DNA of 64,000 bases from assembly GCA_015061335.1 (NCBI GenBank), contig SUWT01000007.1, positions 897 to 64,896 of the forward strand, in the 5' to 3' direction. Shown piece after piece: positions 33,964-42,602 of this stretch. Each line of letters opens with the position of its first letter. The first letter of the stretch is position 1. The DNA is from Lentimicrobiaceae bacterium (lineage in GTDB: Bacteria > Bacteroidota > Bacteroidia > Bacteroidales > F082). The notes beneath the pieces were generated by a model. That model saw only the letters and a program-made list of their open reading frames with translations, searched no databases and had not been told where the DNA came from. Both the position numbers and the translations under genes were made by a program.

Positions 33964-33968
33964 TATGC

Positions 33969-34391
33969 ATGAATTGGTTTAATACAATATCAGAGAATGA
34001 TAAGATTAAAGTCTTCGATCCTATTCGCAAGATTTATTGTATATTAACTCCAGAAGAAGAGGTTAGACAAAAGACCCTTTATTATCTTGTGGAAAAGAAA
34101 AGATACCCTGTTGGTCGTATTGCTGTTGAATATTCCATTAGGGTTAATAATTTGCCGAAACGTTGCGATATTGTTGTTTTTAACAAAACAGCTCGTCCGT
34201 TGATGATAGTGGAGTGTAAAGCTGAGACTATACCGATAACACAAAAAGTCCTCGATCAGGCAATACGTTATTATTCAGGATTGAATGCAGATTATCTTTT
34301 GCTTACAAATGGAAAGACAATGTTCTGCTATCATATTGATGTTGAGAACAAGAAGATCGAGGCGATGAAGGAAGTGCCGAATATTAATTGA
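33969..34391 (+). CDS. stand-alone type I restriction enzyme HsdR N-terminal-like (PD-(D/E)xK) domain protein
   Basis: 140 aa. Pattern EEEVRQKTLYYLVEKKRYP..CDIVVF..PLMIVECKAE..QAIRYY..YLLLTNG matches the HSDR_N-type nuclease-fold module. Confidence 0.6.
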   Translation: MNWFNTISENDKIKVFDPIRKIYCILTPEEEVRQKTLYYLVEKKRYPVGRIAVEYSIRVNNLPKRCDIVVFNKTARPLMIVECKAETIPITQKVLDQAIRYYSGLNADYLLLTNGKTMFCYHIDVENKKIEAMKEVPNIN

Positions 34392-34394
34392 AAA

Positions 34395-34466
34395 TTAGCT
34401 GTCAGCTATTAGCTGTCAGTACTTAGTTCCACGTTCCCGTTTCCCGTCCCCCGTTCCCCGTTCCCC
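34395..34466. repeat. adjacent heptamer arrays (TTAGCTG/TCAGCTA type, then TTCCCCG type)
   Basis: TTAGCTG TCAGCTA TTAGCTG TCAGTAC TTAGTTC, then TTCCACG TTCCCGT TTCCCGT CCCCCG TTCCCCG TTCCCC. It begins 4 nt after the TGA at 34389-34391. Confidence 0.85.
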
Positions 34467-34605
34467 AAAATTGCGTTAGGGATTGAAGCGGCATCCTTGC
34501 TTCCTCTCTTTGCCAATAATTTATCTATGCCGAAGACGGCGGAAGTTGCCTATATTAATTAATAAAAGGTAATAAATGATGACTTTTGTTAGCAAGATTG
34601 TGAAA

Positions 34606-34655
34606 GTCAACAAGACAACAAGACAACAAGCTTGTTGTCCTGTTGTCTCGTTGTC
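34606..34655. repeat. 50-nt near-perfect palindrome made of (GACAACAA)x3 / (TTGTTGTC)x3, centred on AAGCTT
   Basis: 22 of 25 base pairs form, with no loop. It ends 6 nt from the rocD stop (34662-34664) and is a likely rocD terminator or stabiliser. Confidence 0.85.
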
Positions 34656-34661
34656 TTAATA

Positions 34662-35888
34662 TTAGAACGACAAAATTGTTTCTTTGATGATTTCTATCGC
34701 TGCGCGTAATTCTTCCTCAGTGATTACTAATGGAGGAGCGAAGCGGATGATATGTTGGTGTGTTGGTTTTGCCAAGACGCCGTTTTCTTTCATCTTCATA
34801 CAGACATCCCATGCTTCCTTACCGTCTTTAGGTTTGATGATGACTGCGTTGAGGAGACCTTTACCACGTACCAATTCAATCATCGGGCTGTCGATCTTTC
34901 TCATCTCTTCACGGAAGATATTACCGAGATATTCTGCTTTTTCCATGAGGTTTTCGTCTTTGATGACTTGAAGAGCAGCCATACTTACCTTAGCGGCGAT
35001 TGGGTTTCCGCCGAATGTTGAGCCGTGTTCTCCTGGTTTGATGTTCATCATGATGTAGTCGTCAGCCAATACTGCTGATACTGGAACTACGCCGCCGCTC
35101 AAAGCCTTACCTAATATTAATATGTCAGGGCGGACGTTTTCGTGGTCGCAAGCCAACATCTTACCTGTACGTGCGATACCGCTTTGTACTTCGTCGGCCA
35201 TGAACAAGACGTTGTATTTCTTACAGATGTCGTAGCATTTTTTGAGATAACCTTCATCTGGGACATAAACACCAGCTTCACCTTGGATAGGTTCTAACAA
35301 GAAACCTGCGATTTTGTGACCATGTTCTTTCAATACAGCTTCCAATGCGTCAGGATCGTTATAAGGAATACGGATGAAACCTGGTGTGAGAGGACCATAA
35401 TTCGCGTATGAGTCAGGGTCGTTCGACATGGTGATGATGGTGATGGTACGACCGTGGAAGTTGCCTTCGCAGCAGACTATCGTTACTTCGTCATTCGGTA
35501 TGCCTTTGCAGACGGTACCCCAACGACGTGCTAACTTAAGAGCTGTCTCGTCAGCCTCAGCACCGGTGTTCATAGGAAGAACTTTGTCGTAACCGAAATA
35601 TTCTGTGATGTATTTTTCCCAAACGCCGAGACTGTCGTTATAGAAAGCACGTGAACTTAAAGTGAGATTTTCAGCTTGCTCGCATAAAGCCTTAATGATA
35701 GCAGGATGACAGTGTCCTTGATTTACAGCGGAATAAGCTGATAAGAAATCGTAATATTCTTTTCCTTCAACATCCCATACCTTTGCGCCTTTACCTTTTG
35801 CTAAAACTACAGGAAGTGGATGGTAGTTGTGAGCGCCGTATTTAGCTTCCAACTCCATGGCTAATTGTGAAGTCATTTTTTCTGACAT
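34662..35888 (-). CDS. rocD: ornithine aminotransferase (class III PLP aminotransferase)
   Basis: 408 aa. N-terminus [55 protein letters not shown], and the PLP-Lys region ILGKALSGG. Confidence 0.85.
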   Translation of the reverse strand: MSEKMTSQLAMELEAKYGAHNYHPLPVVLAKGKGAKVWDVEGKEYYDFLSAYSAVNQGHCHPAIIKALCEQAENLTLSSRAFYNDSLGVWEKYITEYFGYDKVLPMNTGAEADETALKLARRWGTVCKGIPNDEVTIVCCEGNFHGRTITIITMSNDPDSYANYGPLTPGFIRIPYNDPDALEAVLKEHGHKIAGFLLEPIQGEAGVYVPDEGYLKKCYDICKKYNVLFMADEVQSGIARTGKMLACDHENVRPDILILGKALSGGVVPVSAVLADDYIMMNIKPGEHGSTFGGNPIAAKVSMAALQVIKDENLMEKAEYLGNIFREEMRKIDSPMIELVRGKGLLNAVIIKPKDGKEAWDVCMKMKENGVLAKPTHQHIIRFAPPLVITEEELRAAIEIIKETILSF

Positions 35889-35932
35889 AATGTTATGATT
35901 TAAAGTGTTTTACCTAGTTTATTTTAACTTTT

Positions 35933-35964
35933 CAGATTCTCAGATACTCCGATTCTCATGTTCT
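35933..35964. repeat. octamer array CAGATTCT CAGATACT CCGATTCT CATGTTCT
   Basis: Read directly from the sequence. It lies between the rocD ATG and its candidate -7 box, so it would fall in the rocD 5' leader. Confidence 0.75.
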
Positions 35965-35978
35965 GAAAAAGTCACTCA

Positions 35979-35986
35979 CAAAGATA
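35979..35986 (-). promoter_or_regulatory. -7 box TATCTTTG (minus strand)
   Basis: Exact TAnnTTTG match 90 nt upstream of the rocD ATG at 35888. Confidence 0.4.
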
Positions 35987-36020
35987 TGAATTTTTTTTGG
36001 AGAAAAAAAGAATTTTGGAT

Positions 36021-36028
36021 TATCTTTG
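36021..36028 (+). promoter_or_regulatory. -7 box TATCTTTG
   Basis: Exact TAnnTTTG match 17 nt upstream of the ATG at 36046. Confidence 0.5.
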
Positions 36029-36045
36029 CGACAAAATTCATCACC

Positions 36046-36918
36046 ATGATCAAATCAATGACTGGCTACGGAAAAGCCGAACAGATATATCTCACAAAAA
36101 AAATCGTTGTTGAAATAAAGACATTGAACTCTAAACAATTAGATCTGTCTGTAAAATTACCTCAAGAGATAAGACCTCAGGAATTGGATTATAGAAACCT
36201 GATATCTTCTGCTTTGCAGAGAGGTAAAATCGATGTGGTTGTTTCTATTACCGATACTAATGTGGAGCAAAACACTCATATCGAGAAAGAAGTCATCGCT
36301 TCTTATCTTAAACAAGTGAAAGAGATTTCTGAAGAATATAATATTCCCCAATCTTCTGATTTAGCGATGCTTCTCTTTAAGATGCCTGGAATCTTCGTCA
36401 CGCCGGAACAAGAATATGATGAGACTTTCTTAGAAAAAGTCAAGGAAACCTTGCTTTCCGCTATTACAACGACAGACGACTTCCGTCAAAAAGAGGGCGA
36501 GATTCTTAAAAAAGATTTGCTTAAAAGAAAAGACCTCATCATGCAATATCTTGGCGAAGTCGCTCCTTACGAACAAAACCGTCACGAGAATATTAAAAAT
36601 AAATTAATTAAGAATCTTACAGAACTCACTGCTTCCGGTCAATATGACGAAAATCGTTTTGAACAAGAGCTGATTTTCTATCTTGAAAAACTTGACATTA
36701 CGGAAGAGAAAGTACGTCTCGAAAAACATTGCTCCTATTTTGATGAGACAATCGATGAAGAAGGCGCAGGTAAGAAATTAGGTTTCATCGCTCAGGAAAT
36801 GGGTCGTGAGATAAACACTCTCGGTTCTAAAGCCAACGACGCTGATATTCAACGTATCGTTGTTAATATGAAAGACGAACTCGAGAAAATTAAAGAGCAA
36901 CTCTTCAATATACTTTAA
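36046..36918 (+). CDS. yicC: YicC family stress-induced protein
   Basis: Starts MIKSMTGYGKAE (canonical YicC N-terminus) and has the C-terminal motif EMGREINTLGSKAND. The GTG start at 35905 is rejected (see rejected list). Confidence 0.85.
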   Translation: MIKSMTGYGKAEQIYLTKKIVVEIKTLNSKQLDLSVKLPQEIRPQELDYRNLISSALQRGKIDVVVSITDTNVEQNTHIEKEVIASYLKQVKEISEEYNIPQSSDLAMLLFKMPGIFVTPEQEYDETFLEKVKETLLSAITTTDDFRQKEGEILKKDLLKRKDLIMQYLGEVAPYEQNRHENIKNKLIKNLTELTASGQYDENRFEQELIFYLEKLDITEEKVRLEKHCSYFDETIDEEGAGKKLGFIAQEMGREINTLGSKANDADIQRIVVNMKDELEKIKEQLFNIL

Positions 36919-36921
36919 AAT

Positions 36922-37506
36922 ATGAGACATAATAAGATCGGTCTGTTCTTCGGTTCGTTCAATCCTGTTCATAACGGACATTTGATACTCGCTAATTATT
37001 TAGTGGAATATGCCGATCTTGATCATGTATGGTTCGTGATAAGCCCTCATAATCCTTTTAAAGAAAAGAAATCATTACTCACAGATCATCATCGTCGCGA
37101 TATGCTAGAAGTGGCAATAAAAGACGATCCTCGTTTCGAAGTCTGTGATATAGAGTTCTTTATGCCTCAGCCGTCTTATACTATCGACACCCTTGTGCGT
37201 CTCTCAGAACGTTATCCTAATACCGACTTCTATCTTATTTGCGGAATGGATAACCTGACGAACTTTAAGAAATGGAAAAACTATCAGCTGATATTGGATA
37301 ATTATCATCTTTTGGTTTATCCAAGAAAAGGCTATGAAGGTGGCGAATTGATGAATCATAATTCAGTGCAAGTTGTTGACGCTCCAATAATTGAAATCTC
37401 TTCAACATTTATAAGAAAAGCCAGATCCGAAAATAAAGATGTCAGGCATTTTATGCCGGAAAAAGCATATAAGTATATGATAGACATGCACTTCTATGAA
37501 TATTGA
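36922..37506 (+). CDS. nadD: nicotinate-nucleotide adenylyltransferase
   Basis: 194 aa. GLFFGSFNPVHNGH (HxGH motif) and ISSTFIR. Confidence 0.85.
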   Translation: MRHNKIGLFFGSFNPVHNGHLILANYLVEYADLDHVWFVISPHNPFKEKKSLLTDHHRRDMLEVAIKDDPRFEVCDIEFFMPQPSYTIDTLVRLSERYPNTDFYLICGMDNLTNFKKWKNYQLILDNYHLLVYPRKGYEGGELMNHNSVQVVDAPIIEISSTFIRKARSENKDVRHFMPEKAYKYMIDMHFYEY

Positions 37507-37561
37507 CATGTATTAGAACTTTATTAATACTTCGTTGTTTTTCATATAAAAATCTATCAAT

Positions 37562-38398
37562 ATGAAAACAACAATCGATTTGTCCTCACCTAAATTACTG
37601 AACTCCCTGATTTTTCTCACCGATGAACCTGATGAACATCTGTATATCAGTATAGCGAATGAGATACTTGCATACGGTACGGCTGCTCTCCCTTTCTTGA
37701 AAGAGAAAATAAAATCTATTTCTAATGTTTTTCATGAGGAAAGATTAAATAATCTGATTTATAGTATTGAACAACAGAGTGTTAGGGAGAAGCTTCAGCT
37801 GTGGAGTGAGAAAAGAGAAAATGATCTCATGGAACCTTATTTCATATTGTCGAGAAATCGTTTCCCAGAAGAAGACTGGGCATGGATAGGTTTTCAGATG
37901 GTGATGTTGATAGAACAGGCAGAGAAAGAACTAAATCCTGACCTTACACCATTGGAGCAGGTTAAAATACTGAACCATATTATTTATGATGTAAATAAAT
38001 TTCGTGCTGATATGAATACAATCAACGTCTCTGATTATTATTACATCAACACATTATTTGAGACACATTTGGGAAATCCTCTATCACTGGGAATGTTATA
38101 TTGTATTGTGGCAGAACGCCTTAATATCCCAATCTATGGTATAGATCTGCCGAATCATTTTATACTTGCTTTCTGTAAGAAAACAGAACGACATCCTCGG
38201 TTAGAAGATGTCCTATTCTATATAAACCCTTTTAACAAGGGTAACGTGCTGACAAGAAAAGACATACGTAATTATCTTTATGAGTTGAGAATCAATCCTG
38301 AACTAAAATATTTCGAACCTACAAGAAATATCTCTATCATAAAGAAACTGCTGAAAACTGTGAAAAATGTAGAAACAATACTGAAAAATGAGGAATGA
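37562..38398 (+). CDS. transglutaminase-like / SirB1-type family protein
   Basis: 278 aa. The region GNPLSLGMLYCIVAERLNIPIYGIDLPNHFIL resembles the SirB1/UPF0162 family. Confidence 0.45.
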   Translation: MKTTIDLSSPKLLNSLIFLTDEPDEHLYISIANEILAYGTAALPFLKEKIKSISNVFHEERLNNLIYSIEQQSVREKLQLWSEKRENDLMEPYFILSRNRFPEEDWAWIGFQMVMLIEQAEKELNPDLTPLEQVKILNHIIYDVNKFRADMNTINVSDYYYINTLFETHLGNPLSLGMLYCIVAERLNIPIYGIDLPNHFILAFCKKTERHPRLEDVLFYINPFNKGNVLTRKDIRNYLYELRINPELKYFEPTRNISIIKKLLKTVKNVETILKNEE

Positions 38399-38424
38399 AA
38401 AATTAGTAATAATATAGTAAAAAC

Positions 38425-38463
38425 AATTCCTAATTCCTAATTCCTCATTCCTAATTCCTAATT
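38425..38463 (-). repeat. (AGGAATT/AGGAATG)x5 array in purC sense orientation
   Basis: The plus strand reads AATTCCT AATTCCT AATTCCT CATTCCT AATTCCT AATT. On the minus strand the array directly follows the purC TAA stop. A single AGGAATGA unit supplies the TGA of the convergent gene (38391-38398). Confidence 0.9.
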
Positions 38464-39412
38464 AATCAAGTTTTTCAAGACAATCAGCGATATTCTTTTC
38501 TATACGTGTCAAAATATCGTCAGAATCGTCGGCTTTCTCAAATTTCTTGCCTGTAACCTTTTCGTAAAGTTCTATATAACGTTCAGAAATACTATTTACG
38601 ATTTCAGCTGTCATTTCTGGAACTTGCTGTCCTTCTTGACCTTGGAATCCGTTTGCCATCAACCATTCGCGTACGAATTCCTTTGAGAGTTGTTTTACAG
38701 GGAGACCTTTTTCGAAACATTCCTCATATTGGTCGGCGATGAAATAACGTGACGAGTCAGGAGTATGAATCTCGTCCATGAGATAAATCTGATCGCCTAT
38801 TTTACCGAACTCGTACTTTGTATCAACGAGGATAAGTCCGTGTTTAGCTGCTATTTCACTTCCGCGTTGGAACAATTTATAAGTTATTTCTTCAATTTGT
38901 TTGTAATCCTCTTCGCTGATAAGACCTTGACGGATAATCTCTTCGCGGGAGATGTCTTCATCGTGACCTTCATCGGCTTTTGTTGTAGGGGTGATGATTG
39001 GTTTTTCAAAACGTTGATGTTCTCTCATGCCGTCAGGAATTGGCACGCCGCATATTTCACGTTTGCCGCTTTTGTATGTGCGCCAAGAACTTCCGGTGAG
39101 GTAGCCACGGATAATCATCTCTACAGGAAAAGGTTTGCAAAGTTTACCGACAGTCACCATCGGGTCTGGTGTGGCGATTTTCCAGTTTGGAACGATGTCG
39201 CTGGTCTCGTCTAAAAACAAAGCAGCTATCTGGTTTAAAACCTGACCTTTATAAGGAATACCTTCTGGAAGAATGACATCGAAAGCAGAGATACGATCGC
39301 TGGCAACCATCACAAGATATTTATCATCAATGAAATATACATCACGAACCTTGCCATGATATACTTTTGTCTGTCTTTTGAAATTAAATTCTGTTTTTGT
39401 TAAAGCATTCAT
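38462..39412 (-). CDS. purC: phosphoribosylaminoimidazole-succinocarboxamide synthase
   Basis: 316 aa. [27 protein letters not shown]. Confidence 0.9.
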   Translation of the reverse strand: MNALTKTEFNFKRQTKVYHGKVRDVYFIDDKYLVMVASDRISAFDVILPEGIPYKGQVLNQIAALFLDETSDIVPNWKIATPDPMVTVGKLCKPFPVEMIIRGYLTGSSWRTYKSGKREICGVPIPDGMREHQRFEKPIITPTTKADEGHDEDISREEIIRQGLISEEDYKQIEEITYKLFQRGSEIAAKHGLILVDTKYEFGKIGDQIYLMDEIHTPDSSRYFIADQYEECFEKGLPVKQLSKEFVREWLMANGFQGQEGQQVPEMTAEIVNSISERYIELYEKVTGKKFEKADDSDDILTRIEKNIADCLEKLD

Positions 39413-39437
39413 TTTTATATTTTTTAAGTTAATTCTT

Positions 39438-39514
39438 CAGTTGTTAGCTGTCAGTCTTTAGCTATCAGTGTGGTCTTGCTGACCACTGACCACTGACGGC
39501 TGATTGCTGATCGT
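39438..39514. repeat. eleven-unit heptamer array (CAGYTNT type then TGACCAC type) spanning the phoH stop
   Basis: CAGTTGT TAGCTGT CAGTCTT TAGCTAT CAGTGTG GTCTTGC TGACCAC TGACCAC TGACGGC TGATTGC TGATCGT. Includes a 6-bp hairpin GTGGTC-TTGCT-GACCAC. Confidence 0.85.
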
Positions 39515-40477
39515 TTTTTCATTATCATCAAATTGATAAAACTTCTTATACGCATTCACAATATCGGTGACGAGTTTATGGCGAACAACATCTTTTTCAT
39601 TAAGATAAATAAATTCAATGCCTTTAACATCTTTTAACACTTCCATTGCCTGTGGCAAACCAGAAGGCTGGTTTTTAGGCAGGTCAATCTGTGTAATGTC
39701 ACCTGTAATAACGAATTTTGCTGAGCGACCCATTCTTGTCAGGAACATTTTCAGTTGCGATTGCGTGGCATTCTGAGCTTCGTCAAGAATTACGAAAGCA
39801 TGGTCGAGGGTGCGTCCTCTCATGAACGCCAATGGAGCAATCTCAATGGTTCTGTCCTCCATAAAAGCTTCTAACTTCGATTGTGGCAACATATCGCGCA
39901 AAGCATCATAAAGAGGTTGTAAATATGGATCTAACTTCTCTTTTAAGTCGCCAGGTAAGAAACCTAAATTCTCACCAGCTTCAACGGCTGGACGTGTTAA
40001 GATTATACGACGTACTTCCTTGTTTTTCAATGCTCTCACCGCCAATGCCACAGCAGTATATGTCTTTCCTGTTCCAGCTGGTCCAATGGCGAATATCATG
40101 TCTTTTTCCTCTGAGGCTTTGACCATCAACTTCTGATTCGCCGTCATGGCTTTAATCTGTAATCCATTACGACCATAAACAAGAACTTCGCTATCGTTGA
40201 GACTCTTGATATAATCCGACTCCCCGGCACATAACATGATCTCTTCTATGACCTTGGAACTGATGTTGCCATATCGCTCCAAATGCGTATTCAGCAAATT
40301 CAACCTATTGATGAAATATTCAACTTCTTCATCCTTACCTATGACCTTGATAAAATCGCCTCTCGCAATGATCTTGATCTTCGGAAATAATGATTTTATC
40401 ATCGTAAGATGTTGATCATTAGGACCATATAAATCACTAGGATTGATATTCTCTATTTGAACAATTTGTTCCGACAT
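39458..40477 (-). CDS. phoH: PhoH family ATPase with repeat-encoded C-terminal tail
   Basis: 339 aa. Walker A GPAGTGKT and FVILDEAQN. The last ~17 aa (ISNQPSVVSGQQDHTDS) are encoded by the heptamer array. Confidence 0.85.
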   Translation of the reverse strand: MSEQIVQIENINPSDLYGPNDQHLTMIKSLFPKIKIIARGDFIKVIGKDEEVEYFINRLNLLNTHLERYGNISSKVIEEIMLCAGESDYIKSLNDSEVLVYGRNGLQIKAMTANQKLMVKASEEKDMIFAIGPAGTGKTYTAVALAVRALKNKEVRRIILTRPAVEAGENLGFLPGDLKEKLDPYLQPLYDALRDMLPQSKLEAFMEDRTIEIAPLAFMRGRTLDHAFVILDEAQNATQSQLKMFLTRMGRSAKFVITGDITQIDLPKNQPSGLPQAMEVLKDVKGIEFIYLNEKDVVRHKLVTDIVNAYKKFYQFDDNEKTISNQPSVVSGQQDHTDS

Positions 40478-40507
40478 CCTTAATATTTATAATTTCAAAA
40501 ATATCTA

Positions 40508-40515
40508 CAAAGATA
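40508..40515 (-). promoter_or_regulatory. -7 box TATCTTTG (minus strand)
   Basis: Exact TAnnTTTG match 30 nt upstream of the phoH ATG at 40477. Confidence 0.45.
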
Positions 40516-40590
40516 AATCATATATTTTATCTGATGAAAAAATGTTTATAAAATTTTTAAGAATGAGTTATTTTAATTTTCCTAAAGATG

Positions 40591-40598
40591 TATATTTG
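40591..40598 (+). promoter_or_regulatory. -7 box TATATTTG
   Basis: Exact TAnnTTTG match 50 nt upstream of the ATG at 40649. Confidence 0.4.
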
Positions 40599-40648
40599 CA
40601 TGAGTAGTTTCTATTATAATATTTTTATTACTTTTTAACATAATATCA

Positions 40649-41431
40649 ATGGCAATCATTACATTAACAAGCGACTGGGGACTTTCAGATTATTATGTTC
40701 CGGCGGTAAAAGGTGCATTGTATTCTGCTCTGCCAGATGCAAATGTCGTTGATATTACTCATAATATCGATTCCTTCGATATTCGCTCAGCAGCCTTCAT
40801 AGTGAAAAATAGCTACCGTCACTTCCCGGAAGGTACAATTCATATCTTGGCTATAGAGACTGAAGAGTCGCTGAATAATCCTCATGCCGTGGTGAAAGTT
40901 AATGGTCATTATTTCGTCGGAACGGATAACGATATATTCTCCTTAATAGTAGAAGGTGATGATTATGAGGCTGTTATGATAGATGTGGTGCAGGATACCG
41001 ACTTCTTTACCTTCAGTACACGCGATCGCTTCGTAAAAGTGGCGGTAATGTTGTCGCAAGGTAAAACCCTCTCAGAAATAGGCTCCCCTTATACTATTAA
41101 GGAAAAAATCGCTTTCCAACCAGCATTCGACTCTAACTCAATTCATGGAATCGTAATATTTGTCGATGCCTACGAAAATCTGGTCACCAATATCACAAAA
41201 TCATTGTTTGAAAAAGTTAGAGCAGGTAGAAACTTCTCTATAAAATTGTGCTGCGGCCTTTATTCTATAAATAAAATCAGAAAAAGCTATAAAGAAGTCC
41301 AAGAACCCGACCTGCTCGCTCTCTTCGGAACACACGGATTTCTCGAAATAGCCCTTAACCACGGTAAAGCATCTTCTCTGTTGGGCATAGAACGCGACTC
41401 CGCCATCGATATTTATTTCTATGATGAATAA
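40649..41431 (+). CDS. SAM hydrolase / SAM hydroxide adenosyltransferase (DUF62) family protein
   Basis: 260 aa. N-terminus ITLTSDWGLSDYYVPAVKGAL..VVDITHNI. Confidence 0.7.
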   Translation: MAIITLTSDWGLSDYYVPAVKGALYSALPDANVVDITHNIDSFDIRSAAFIVKNSYRHFPEGTIHILAIETEESLNNPHAVVKVNGHYFVGTDNDIFSLIVEGDDYEAVMIDVVQDTDFFTFSTRDRFVKVAVMLSQGKTLSEIGSPYTIKEKIAFQPAFDSNSIHGIVIFVDAYENLVTNITKSLFEKVRAGRNFSIKLCCGLYSINKIRKSYKEVQEPDLLALFGTHGFLEIALNHGKASSLLGIERDSAIDIYFYDE

Positions 41432-41478
41432 AATTCTTAAAAAAAGTTAAAAAATTCATTACCAATTTCTTTTAGTCG

Positions 41479-41486
41479 TATATTTG
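41479..41486 (+). promoter_or_regulatory. -7 box TATATTTG
   Basis: Exact TAnnTTTG match 66 nt upstream of the ATG at 41553. Confidence 0.35.
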
Positions 41487-41552
41487 TAAATCGTGAATCA
41501 GATTTTCTTTGTCATGATTCTCTGAATTATATATGATTTGAATTATAAATAA

Positions 41553-42572
41553 TTGATTATGAATAGGATAATAATTTTTGCGATTGTAATATCTGCTTCT
41601 TTGCTTCTTTCTTGTAAAGATAATAGGACTTATAAGAACAAATTGAACGTCCATTATGAAAACCTTGAACCTCAAGTGCTGGAAATAAAGAGTTATAACT
41701 CAGCCTTGTTTGAATTGGATACGGCAAATTTTGAAGAGGAATTGAAATCAATTCAGAATGAGTATTCTTTATTCATTGGCGATAATCTCGATAATCCTGC
41801 TGCGATAACTTATATCAGAAATTTTGTCACCGACACCTTCTGTATTAGGATAAATGAAATGGTTGAGCAGAAATTCAAAGATAAATCATCTCTTAATAAA
41901 GATATAAGATCCGTATATCAACGTTTTAGATATTATTATCCTGAGATTGAACTTCCTCAGCCTTATTTTTATATCTCAGGTATTGATTATGAGACTCCAA
42001 CAGTCATTGTCGCTCCGGAGGGCGTGGCGATAAGTCTTGATTATTATCTGACTAATGACGATAAGATTTATGATTACGTCGGAATGCCTCGTTTTCGTTC
42101 CCTTCGTTGTCAGCCATTATATATCACACGCGATCTGGCGATGTCTTTATATGGCACATTCGTTGAGAAAGCTCATAGACAGAAAGATGTTTTGTCGGAG
42201 ATGATATATCTTGGAAAAAAATATTATTTTGTTGAAGCCATGAATCCTAATTTGCCGGACTCTGTCTTGCTGGGTTATTCTTCAAAACAGATGCAGTGGG
42301 CTTACGATCATGAGGGCGATGTCTGGGCTTCTATAGTAGGCAATGATATGTTGTATGCAAAGGGACTTGATGTTTTCCGTAACCTCTTCGGCGATGGTCC
42401 TTTTACTCAGGCTTTCTCTAATGATGCTCCGGCACGACTGGGTGAATTTATCGGTTTGCAAATAGTTCGTTCTTTTATGACTAATAACGAGATGAGCTTG
42501 CAAGACTTGATGCTTAATGATGATGTTCAACAAATATTCCAATCTTCTATGTATAAACCATTAAAACAATAG
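41553..42572 (+). CDS. lipoprotein, GldB-like / DUF2268-like
   Basis: 339 aa with lipobox ASLLLSCKDN. The overall pattern resembles GldB-family lipoproteins of Bacteroidota, recalled from memory only. Confidence 0.4.
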   Translation: MIMNRIIIFAIVISASLLLSCKDNRTYKNKLNVHYENLEPQVLEIKSYNSALFELDTANFEEELKSIQNEYSLFIGDNLDNPAAITYIRNFVTDTFCIRINEMVEQKFKDKSSLNKDIRSVYQRFRYYYPEIELPQPYFYISGIDYETPTVIVAPEGVAISLDYYLTNDDKIYDYVGMPRFRSLRCQPLYITRDLAMSLYGTFVEKAHRQKDVLSEMIYLGKKYYFVEAMNPNLPDSVLLGYSSKQMQWAYDHEGDVWASIVGNDMLYAKGLDVFRNLFGDGPFTQAFSNDAPARLGEFIGLQIVRSFMTNNEMSLQDLMLNDDVQQIFQSSMYKPLKQ

Positions 42573-42602
42573 AAATTATTTCTAAACCAAAACCAAAATA
42601 TC

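Noticed and set aside
33645-34661. Integrated mobile element or genomic island at tRNA-Glu
   Set aside because: There is no integrase, no direct repeat of the tRNA 3' end and only one small housekeeping-type ORF. The repeats present belong to the array family seen throughout the window.
35905-36045. GTG-initiated 47-aa extension of yicC
   Set aside because: It contains the octamer array and the TATCTTTG box. YicC proteins start MIKSMTGYG, which is at 36046.
3781-39514. Possibility that the many short tandem arrays are CRISPR arrays
   Set aside because: Units are 7-8 nt, directly abutting, with no spacers. No cas genes are present. The periodicity and size are incompatible with CRISPR repeats.
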